Positions 56,427 to 64,000 of a stretch of DNA of 64,000 nucleotides are shown one piece after another (within the stretch, counting starts at the first letter, position 1; every line of letters begins with the position of its first letter). The notes below the pieces were generated by a model that worked only from the letters and a program-made list of their open reading frames with translations, was not told the origin of the DNA and made no database searches. The position numbers and the translations under genes were made by a program. The stretch spans positions 86,008 through 150,007 of the forward strand of contig DASYEW010000047.1 of the NCBI GenBank assembly GCA_036498785.1. The letters run 5' to 3'. Source of the stretch: Steroidobacteraceae bacterium (lineage in GTDB: Bacteria > Pseudomonadota > Gammaproteobacteria > Steroidobacterales > Steroidobacteraceae).

Positions 56427-57269
56427 TCATGGGTAGTCGGTGGAAACCGAAACCGACTCCCAGGCATCGAACTCGGATTGCAGCGTGCTCAGTTTCTCGC
56501 GCACCATCCTGACTGCGTCGCGGCCGAGCAGCAGATGAGCTGGCGGATTCGGGGACGCGACCAGTTGCAGCATTGCTTGAGCGGCCTTGTCCGGATCTCC
56601 AGGTTGCTTGCCGCTGTATTCCTGCCGGCGCTGGCGCAACGGATCAAACACAGTGTCGTAGTCCGCAATCGCGCGCGGCGCTCTGACCATGGATCTGCCT
56701 GCCCAGTCGGTGCGAAAGGCTCCGGGCTCGACCGCGGTGACGGCAATGCCGAAACTGGCGACCTCTTTACCGAGACTCTCGGAAATCCCCTCCAGCGCGA
56801 ATTTGCTGCCGTGATAGAAGGCCACGCCTGGCAGCGTCATCAGGCCGCCCATCGAAGTGATGTTGAGGATGTGTCCTGCGCGCCGTCGCCGCATGTAAGG
56901 CAGAACGGTCTGGATAACGGCAACAGCACCGAACACGTTGACTTCGAACTGGCGACGCAGATCGTCGAGCGAGGACTCTTCCACCGTCCCTTCGTGGCCG
57001 TAGCCGGCGTTGTTGACGAGCACGTCGATAGCGCCAACCGTGGCTTCGACTTCGGAGATGAGCGGCGCAATGGCGGCGGTGTCGGTGACGTCGAGCAATC
57101 TGCCGAAGGAGCTGCCCGGCTTGAGCCGGTCGAATGCGGCCCGCGCCGCTTCGTCACGCAACGTACCGACGACGCGGTGGCCTGCTGCCAGAGCCGCTTC
57201 GGAAAGCGAGCGACCGAATCCGGAACTGACTCCGGTGATGAAAAAAACTTTAGCTTTGGCGTTGGACAT
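56427..57269 (-). CDS. Short-chain dehydrogenase/reductase (classical SDR)
   Basis: VFFITGVSSGFG (TGxxxGxG), NNAG, and YHGSK (YxxxK). GAGGAGAG SD upstream. Confidence 0.9.
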   Translation of the reverse strand: MSNAKAKVFFITGVSSGFGRSLSEAALAAGHRVVGTLRDEAARAAFDRLKPGSSFGRLLDVTDTAAIAPLISEVEATVGAIDVLVNNAGYGHEGTVEESSLDDLRRQFEVNVFGAVAVIQTVLPYMRRRRAGHILNITSMGGLMTLPGVAFYHGSKFALEGISESLGKEVASFGIAVTAVEPGAFRTDWAGRSMVRAPRAIADYDTVFDPLRQRRQEYSGKQPGDPDKAAQAMLQLVASPNPPAHLLLGRDAVRMVREKLSTLQSEFDAWESVSVSTDYP

Positions 57270-57329
57270 GAATCTCTCCTCGAACTGCACGAGCACAGGC
57301 TACACCGTCCCGTGCCGAGTGCGCACGGC

Positions 57330-57850
57330 TACCGGTCGAGCGCTCGAGCGCGCGCTTCAGCAATTCGTGTTGCACCAGCGAGGATCGATGCTCGAGCGCG
57401 CGATCGAGATAGGACTTTGCCTCCTCAAGATTACCCAGTGATGTGCAGATCCGCGTACACGGCGAGAACGTACGGATAGCACCGCAGGATCTCGCGGTCG
57501 GGAATGGCGTCGAGCTCATCAAGTTCGGCCCGGGCACCGGATTGCATTGCAACAGCGAACGCTCGATTGACATCCACCACCAGCGATGACGCCAGCTTTC
57601 TCAGCAGGTGGTACAACCCGACGATACGCGGCCAGTCCGTGGCCGCGTAAGTCGATCCCATCGAATGACAGGCAGCGACCACGGCTTCGACATGAAATCG
57701 TGACAGCGCTTTCCAGCGTTCAGCCCGAGTGCCGAGATCTCTCCAATATGTTTTCGACAGCGGCGCGTCCCGGGCGGTCCAGCCGTCACTACCGCATTCT
57801 CAATCCTCACCGCAACGGCCGTCCTCCCGGCGTGCCGCTGCAGAACCAAG
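57330..57850 (-). pseudogene. Remnant of the C-terminal (DUF6596-type) half of a SigJ-like ECF sigma factor, frameshifted and lacking the sigma domains
   Basis: Three frames carry colinear pieces: LQRHAGRTAVAVRIENAVV; RFHVEAVVAACHSMGSTYAATDWPRIVGLYHLLRKLASSLVVDVNRAFAVAM; GNLEEAKSYLDRALE. No sigma-2 or sigma-4 region lies upstream. Confidence 0.5.
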
Positions 57851-58047
57851 TTCTATGTATGCCCGCTCAAGCTATTCTTCGGCGGCCGGCACCCGGCGCT
57901 GGTACAGAAATAATCTATTGAAGTAACCTATGTTAGTAAGCAACCACTACGCAACCTGCTTGCCGGTTGTCAATCGATCTCGTGCCGCGCGATGATTGCC
58001 GCGTGCTCCATCAACCGTTCGGCCCCACGCCCCAAGAGGTTTCCGCG

Positions 58048-59406
58048 ATGCCTGGCACTGCCATCACTCTCGAACAGCTTGCGAGCGATCTCGCCGCAGC
58101 CCGGATCACCAGCCGCGAACTGGTCGAGCGCTGCCTCGCCAACATCAAGGCCGAAGCAGGCGAAGGCGCACGCACCTTCCTGAAGGTGACGGATGAACAG
58201 GCATTCGCCGCTGCCGATTTCCACGACGCAATGCGCGCGCGTGGCGCAGCGATCAGCCGATACGCGGGCATTCCGATTTCGGTGAAGGACCTGTTCGACA
58301 TGGCAGGCGACGTGACGACGGCGGGATCGGCAGTTCTACGCGACGCTAAACCCGCGACACGCGATGCAACCGCGGTGACGCGACTGCGCGCGGCTGGTTT
58401 CGTCATCATGGGCCGCACCAACATGACTGAGCTCGCATTCTCCGGGCTCGGACTGAATCCCCATTACGGCACGCCGCGTAATCCATGGGATCGCGCCACC
58501 GGCAGAATTCCAGGCGGCTCCTCTTCCGGCGCGGCCGTATCCGTCACGGATGGTATGGCCTTCGCAGCCCTGGGCACGGATACGGGCGGCTCCTGCCGCA
58601 TCCCAGCCGCCATGTGCGGCATCGTCGGCTTCAAGCCCACGGCGCGCAGGGTCCCGTTGACCGGAGCGTATCCACTATCTTCGACACTGGACTCCATCGG
58701 ACCTCTGGCCAACTCGGTGGCCTGCTGCGCCACTCTCGATGCAGTGCTGGCGGGCGAGCCGCATCCGGATACGGCGGTTGCGACGATTGCCGGCCTGCGA
58801 CTGGGCGTGCCGCGCACGTATGTGCTTGAAGGAATGAGTTCCGAAGTAGGCACCGCCTTTGAACGCGCGCTGCGCGCACTCACTTCCGCAGGCGCTCGCG
58901 TCACCGACATCGCGCTCGATGAGCTCAACGAACTACCCGACATCAATCGCAAGGGCGGATTCTCGCCTCCCGAGGCCTATGCACATCAACGCCGCCGCAT
59001 CGCCAATGCGGCGGCGCTTTACGACCCTCGCGTCGTCAGTCGCATCCTGCGCGGACGTGAGCAGGATGCAGCCGACTACATCGAACTACACCAGCGTCGA
59101 CGCGACTTCATCGAGCGTGTTACGCCCACCATCGCCGCCTTCGATGCGCTGCTGATGCCCACTGTGCCCGTGGTTGCTCCAGCATTCTCTGAGTTCGCCA
59201 CCGACGAGAACTACCTGCGCCTCAACGGGCTGGTGCTGCGTAATCCCAGCGTCGTCAACTTCCTTGACGGCTGCGCCATCTCCATACCGTGTCACGAGCG
59301 CGGAGCAGCGCCGGTCGGACTCACACTCTTCGCAGGCAGCAACGCTGATCGGCGGCTACTGACCATTGCCGCGGCGGTGGAGAATTGCCTGCGGCCGGGA
59401 CACTGA
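58048..59406 (+). CDS. Amidase-signature (AS) family amidase (cytoplasmic)
   Basis: GGSSSGAAVSVTDGMAFAALGTDTGGSCRIPAAMCGIVGFKPT. AAGAGG SD precedes ATG 58048. Confidence 0.9.
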   Translation: MPGTAITLEQLASDLAAARITSRELVERCLANIKAEAGEGARTFLKVTDEQAFAAADFHDAMRARGAAISRYAGIPISVKDLFDMAGDVTTAGSAVLRDAKPATRDATAVTRLRAAGFVIMGRTNMTELAFSGLGLNPHYGTPRNPWDRATGRIPGGSSSGAAVSVTDGMAFAALGTDTGGSCRIPAAMCGIVGFKPTARRVPLTGAYPLSSTLDSIGPLANSVACCATLDAVLAGEPHPDTAVATIAGLRLGVPRTYVLEGMSSEVGTAFERALRALTSAGARVTDIALDELNELPDINRKGGFSPPEAYAHQRRRIANAAALYDPRVVSRILRGREQDAADYIELHQRRRDFIERVTPTIAAFDALLMPTVPVVAPAFSEFATDENYLRLNGLVLRNPSVVNFLDGCAISIPCHERGAAPVGLTLFAGSNADRRLLTIAAAVENCLRPGH

Positions 59407-59467
59407 GCCTCGTCCGCGTCGACCTCTCCGCCTGGAGAGGTCGACTGCTCGAATACCTGCAAGCCTT

Positions 59468-61168
59468 CTACTTCGACGCCTTGGTCGCAACCGGCACACC
59501 TATGTGGGCGGGCGACTTCACCATCTCTTCCTCGATCAGCGGATACGGCATGATGCCGGCCGCATTGAAGTGCTTGAAGAAGTCCCCGAGGTCGAAGGCC
59601 TTGCCCTCATCCTCGACCTGCGCCGAATAGTCGCTGATCAAGCGATCGAGCAATATCTTGCCCGTGATGTAGCTGGTGCCGTATCCCGGCTGGCGCAGGT
59701 AAAGCAGTTGTTCGAACTTGACCAGGTCGCTGGCCGGATCGGACCACTTGCGCGGCGTCCAGCGTGCATGGAACGCACCGCCCTCCGCCATTGTGATGTC
59801 GTTGGACTGTACGTATAGCGACGCCAATCCGCGCGCAGCGCGATTAGCCGCCATGATCCACACGATCTCACGACCGCGCGGATCGTCGTCGTACATGCCG
59901 GCGTGCATGAGCATTTCCTCCACCGCAGTGGCGAGGCCCTCGGAGCGACTGTCGTACATGTCGAAGACCGGCGTCAGGCTGCGGATGGGGCTGGGATTCG
60001 GCTCGTTCTTGATACGCGCCAACTCGATCCAGTGGTAGTTGTGCGAGTAGATACCGAGCGGATTACGCATCGTGGTGTGCGCAAAGAAGCCGGCATCCTG
60101 CTGCAGCGACGTATAGCCGCCCTTCTTCTGCTGCATGGCGTCGCGGTAATACGGCTTGTCGGGAACGATGCCGCCGTCGATGAGAAAGTTGACGATCTTG
60201 TTCATCTTGGCATCGGCCATCGCCTGGTAGGCCGCGGGATTCGCAACCGGCTCGAGCTGCGGCAGCTTGCGATTGCGGAATTCCTCCAGCGCCAACGATG
60301 CGCGCGAACGCTCCAATTCCCGACGCAACAACGTTGCCTGCTGCTCCCAGGTGTAAGGCACCAGGTGAACGTTCTTCATGTACCAGTCGTAGTTTTCCTT
60401 GCCGACGCCTGAGGGTCCCTTCTTGGAAGGCGCTTCAGTATCGAGCCACTTCTGGAAGGCGTCGGTCGCTTCGCGCGCTTTCTGCACGGCGCTGACCACC
60501 GTTTTGTCTGCACCCTTCAAGCTGGCCGGTATGTCTCCCGCCAGCGTGCGCAGATGCAGCGTCCCTGCCTCAAGCGCCGACAATGTCTTGCTCTGCTCGC
60601 GGAACGCGCGCGTACCGTACACCCACAAGTCGCGAGCCGTGCTGTCCTGGAGGCTGCCCTTGGCATTCTCGAGAATGGTAGGAACAGCACCCAGCATGCA
60701 GGTCAACTTCTTCTGATCCGCAGCCGACAGCGGATAGCTGAACTCGTAGAGATTGATGATGGGTTCGGAAGACGGACCTTCGTGCTCTGGCACGTCGCTC
60801 TGTTCCGACCAGACACTCGCGTAGAACGTCGGATCGCGCGCCCAGGGCTTGAGCACGCGCAGATCGAAATCCATGCCGTTCAATTCCGCCTTGAACAGCT
60901 TGTAATCGATCTGTTGCGCCTCGGGCCAGCCATCGATCTTGATGGCATCGAGGCGGCTTTGGTAACCCTTCAGTTCCGTGGCCTTCTTGGCCATGGCGGC
61001 AACCGAGTAATCGGGCACGCAATTGGCAATCGTCGGCTTGGCAAACTGCCGCCACTCGTTCGAGAGGCTGACCAGCTTGTCGTAATCGCCCGCCGCAGCG
61101 GACACCCCTGGAACCATCGCGCCGGCGAGGCTCGCGGCAACCGTCATCCCATACAGGAAAGTCTTCAT
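59468..61168 (-). CDS. DUF885 domain-containing secreted protein
   Basis: Signal MKTFLYGMTVAASLAGAMVPGVSA. C-terminal EGLATAVEEMLMHAGMY and LYLRQPGYGTSYITGKILLDRL resemble DUF885 signatures. Confidence 0.7.
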   Translation of the reverse strand: MKTFLYGMTVAASLAGAMVPGVSAAAGDYDKLVSLSNEWRQFAKPTIANCVPDYSVAAMAKKATELKGYQSRLDAIKIDGWPEAQQIDYKLFKAELNGMDFDLRVLKPWARDPTFYASVWSEQSDVPEHEGPSSEPIINLYEFSYPLSAADQKKLTCMLGAVPTILENAKGSLQDSTARDLWVYGTRAFREQSKTLSALEAGTLHLRTLAGDIPASLKGADKTVVSAVQKAREATDAFQKWLDTEAPSKKGPSGVGKENYDWYMKNVHLVPYTWEQQATLLRRELERSRASLALEEFRNRKLPQLEPVANPAAYQAMADAKMNKIVNFLIDGGIVPDKPYYRDAMQQKKGGYTSLQQDAGFFAHTTMRNPLGIYSHNYHWIELARIKNEPNPSPIRSLTPVFDMYDSRSEGLATAVEEMLMHAGMYDDDPRGREIVWIMAANRAARGLASLYVQSNDITMAEGGAFHARWTPRKWSDPASDLVKFEQLLYLRQPGYGTSYITGKILLDRLISDYSAQVEDEGKAFDLGDFFKHFNAAGIMPYPLIEEEMVKSPAHIGVPVATKASK

Positions 61169-61276
61169 TGGAAAGGTCCCCTGAAAAATCCATAACCATG
61201 GCGATGCGCCACTCATTCTCCGCGTCACTTCGACCCATGGCTACCCTGCCGCGCGACAGGGTAGCTGGCCGGATCT

Positions 61277-61735
61277 TTATTGCTTGTAAGCGACGCGCAG
61301 GTACGCGAACTGACCGAGCAGGTCATACATACCGGAATCGTAGCCGCCGCAGGTCGGGCAGATCGGAGGTGTCTTGCCGGCGACGTTGTTCACGCCGAAT
61401 GTGACCGACAGACAGAAATTGTCCTTCTGCCACGCGAGCTCCACCCGGCCCTTCTGCTCCGGACAGGACTGGCCGCCGGTGGGGATACCCTTCTCGACCA
61501 CCACCGTACCGTTGGAACCCGGCAACACGCTCTTGTACTTGCCGAGGAACGTCCTCGGCCAAGTGAGCCCGAAGCGGACCACGAAGTGATCGGTCTGCGA
61601 TAAGCGAGCTGCACGTCGAATCCGTGCTGTGGATGGATGCGACGAAGATCGTCTCGCTGCCGAACGATGCCTGGCCCCCGGGCCACGCTAAGTAAAGACC
61701 GGTCCGTATCAGTGGTGCGGGAGGTGCTCGGCACG
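61277..61735 (-). pseudogene. Frameshifted C-terminal remnant of an outer-membrane beta-barrel protein (TonB-dependent receptor or porin-like)
   Basis: The terminal frame ends ...GMYDLLGQFAYLRVAYKQ. Upstream beta-like pieces lie in other frames (GLYLAWPGGQASFGSETIFVASIH; HGFDVQLAY). No N-terminus, because it abuts the gene starting at 61749. Confidence 0.35.
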
Positions 61736-61748
61736 CTACCCTTCCCGC

Positions 61749-63425
61749 ATGAGCACTGAACTAAAGAAATCCACGATCGAGCTGGATCCTTCGGATCCGT
61801 ACGCGCGCGAGGCCCAGACCTTCCCGAAACTAAGCAGGGAGATGGCCACGCGCGTTGCCACGTACGGAAAGGAGGAACGATTGTCGCAAGGCGCGCTGCT
61901 GTTCGAGCGTGGCCAGCGCAGCGTCGACTTCTTCTTCCTGCTCGAAGGCACCATCGAGATCTTCAATCTCGACGAGCATGGCAAGGCGGACGTGGTGACG
62001 GTGCATGACGAACGTCAGTTCACCGGCGAACTGGATCTGTTCAACGACCGGCAGATTCTCGTGTCCGCTCGTGCCGGGGTCGATAGCCGCGTAGTGCGCA
62101 TCAAACGGGCAGACTTTCGTCGGCTGGTGAGTGGCGAGCCGGATATCGGCGAGATCATCATGCGCGCCTTCATCCTGCGTCGCGTCGGGCTGATCCGTCA
62201 CGGGCAAGGTGGCGTCGTGCTGATCGGCCCGGGGCACAGTGCCGACCTGCTACGCCTGCAGCGCTTTCTGTTGCGCAACGGTTATCCGCACCGCCTGCTC
62301 GATACCGAGACGGACCCGGGCGCCGACGGCTTCCTCCAATGCTTCGAGCTGACACCCGAACAGTTGCCTGTCGTCATTTCTTCGGACGAGCGCGTGCTCC
62401 ACAATCCCTCGACGGCGGCACTTGCCGATGATCTGGGACTCACCGAGAGCATCGATCCGGCCAAGGTCTACGACGTTGCCGTGGTCGGCGCGGGACCGGC
62501 AGGGCTCGCCGCCGCCGTCTACGCCGCCTCCGAAGGACTGCAGACCATCGTGATCGAAGCACTGGCGCCCGGCGGCCAGGCCGGCACCAGCTCGAAGATC
62601 GAGAACTATCTCGGCTTCCCCACTGGAATCTCCGGCCAGGCGTTAGCCGGCCGAGCGCAAGTGCAGGCGCAGAAATTCGGTGCGCGGCTTGCCATCTCGC
62701 GCCACGCCACCAGCATCGATTGCTCTGCCCGACCTTATCGGATCGATCTCGAAGACGGGAAGAGCGTGCTGGCATGCGCCGTCGTGGTTGCCACCGGCGC
62801 GCGTTATCGCAAACTCGATGTGGCCAACTACGACAAATTCGAAGGCGAAGGCATCCACTACGCGGCGACGGCGATGGAAGCGCAGCTGTGCAACGGCGAG
62901 GAAGTCATCGTGGTGGGCGGCGGAAACTCGGCGGGACAAGCGGCTGTCTTTCTTTCGCGTACCTGCGCCCACGTTCATATCCTGGTGCGCTCCAATGGAC
63001 TCGCCGCGACCATGTCCGACTACCTGATCCAGCGCATCACCCAATCTCCCCGCATTACCCTGCACTCACGCACTGAAATCACAGAACTGCACGGCGACGA
63101 GCGACTGCGGCGAGTCACATGGACTCACCGCGACAGCGGCGCAAGCGACACTTGCGACGTCGGCAATGTGTTCGTGATGATCGGCGCGGAACCCAATACC
63201 GAATGGCTGGAGGGCTGCCTTGAGCGCGACCCCCGGGGATTCATCAAGACTGGCAAGGATGAACAGGGCATGGCGCTCGCCTCGCCTTATGCCACCAGCA
63301 AGTCCGGCATCTTCGCCGTCGGCGACGTCCGTTCCGGCTCGGTGAAACGCGTCGCCTCCGGCGTGGGCGAAGGCTCGGTGGTCATCCAGGCGGTCCACCA
63401 GTTTCTCAATCCCGGCGTCGCCTGA
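61749..63425 (+). CDS. Cyclic-nucleotide-binding domain fused to a thioredoxin-reductase-like FAD/NAD(P) oxidoreductase
   Basis: cNMP domain LFERGQRSVDFFFLLEGTIEIF...FTGELDLF. VYDVAVVGAGPAGLAAAVYA and VIVVGGGNSAGQAAVFL motifs. The TrxR CxxC position reads AATAMEAQLC. Confidence 0.85.
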   Translation: MSTELKKSTIELDPSDPYAREAQTFPKLSREMATRVATYGKEERLSQGALLFERGQRSVDFFFLLEGTIEIFNLDEHGKADVVTVHDERQFTGELDLFNDRQILVSARAGVDSRVVRIKRADFRRLVSGEPDIGEIIMRAFILRRVGLIRHGQGGVVLIGPGHSADLLRLQRFLLRNGYPHRLLDTETDPGADGFLQCFELTPEQLPVVISSDERVLHNPSTAALADDLGLTESIDPAKVYDVAVVGAGPAGLAAAVYAASEGLQTIVIEALAPGGQAGTSSKIENYLGFPTGISGQALAGRAQVQAQKFGARLAISRHATSIDCSARPYRIDLEDGKSVLACAVVVATGARYRKLDVANYDKFEGEGIHYAATAMEAQLCNGEEVIVVGGGNSAGQAAVFLSRTCAHVHILVRSNGLAATMSDYLIQRITQSPRITLHSRTEITELHGDERLRRVTWTHRDSGASDTCDVGNVFVMIGAEPNTEWLEGCLERDPRGFIKTGKDEQGMALASPYATSKSGIFAVGDVRSGSVKRVASGVGEGSVVIQAVHQFLNPGVA

Positions 63426-63449
63426 CGTGCCGCTGCTCGGCGCGTCAGG
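63421..63449 (+). terminator. Hairpin overlapping the stop codon, followed by GTCAG-type short repeats
   Basis: CCTGACGTGCCG, loop CTGCT, CGGCGCGTCAGG (12 bp, 1 mismatch). Followed by GCCAGTCAG ACCAGTCGG ... ACGCGTCAG up to 63480. Confidence 0.5.
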
Positions 63450-63496
63450 CCAGTCAGACCAGTCGGGACATAAGACGCGTCAGTCAATAACAACTC

Positions 63497-64000
<504 letters not shown>

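Overview
This is a visibly GC-rich 64-kb chromosomal segment (GC content judged by eye, not computed). Gene content and protein styles suggest a Xanthomonadales or Rhodanobacteraceae-like gammaproteobacterium; that is an inference, since no search was run. I support about 50 protein-coding genes. They are mostly metabolic and envelope functions: transketolase, G6P dehydrogenase, aminopeptidase N, CrcB, a tartrate/isopropylmalate-type dehydrogenase, three amide hydrolases, a TonB-dependent receptor, an RND pump pair, two chemoreceptors, a two-component pair, and ZIP, POT and MFS transporters. I also call one IS5-family element whose transposase carries an in-frame stop, and two gene remnants. 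I saw no rRNA, tRNA or CRISPR array. Most long ORFs in the track that lie antisense to these genes are high-GC shadow ORFs. Three things stand out as not explained by ordinary annotation. (1) A LysR-flanked thiol/redox gene island (27.0-34.7 kb) is built around a cysteine-synthase-like enzyme fused to a CxxC glutaredoxin domain. It also holds a 2OG-Fe(II) oxygenase, an AhpD-like protein, and an OsmC gene translationally coupled to a flavoprotein. This is my best candidate for an uncharacterised system. (2) A dispersed family of short (7-9 nt) tandem repeats ending in GTCAC/GTGAC, often combined with long hairpins, occurs at several intergenic sites. One of these hairpins has been split by the IS5 insertion. 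Unrelated heptamer (GGTTRGS x8) and 15-mer (x4) minisatellites are also present. (3) A DUF4142-cupredoxin-ECF sigma operon has no anti-sigma gene, an ATGA-coupled sigma factor with a short His/Cys tail, and a perfect 12-bp hairpin covering the cupredoxin start codon. All functional calls rest on motif recognition by eye. No database search, folding or statistics was run.
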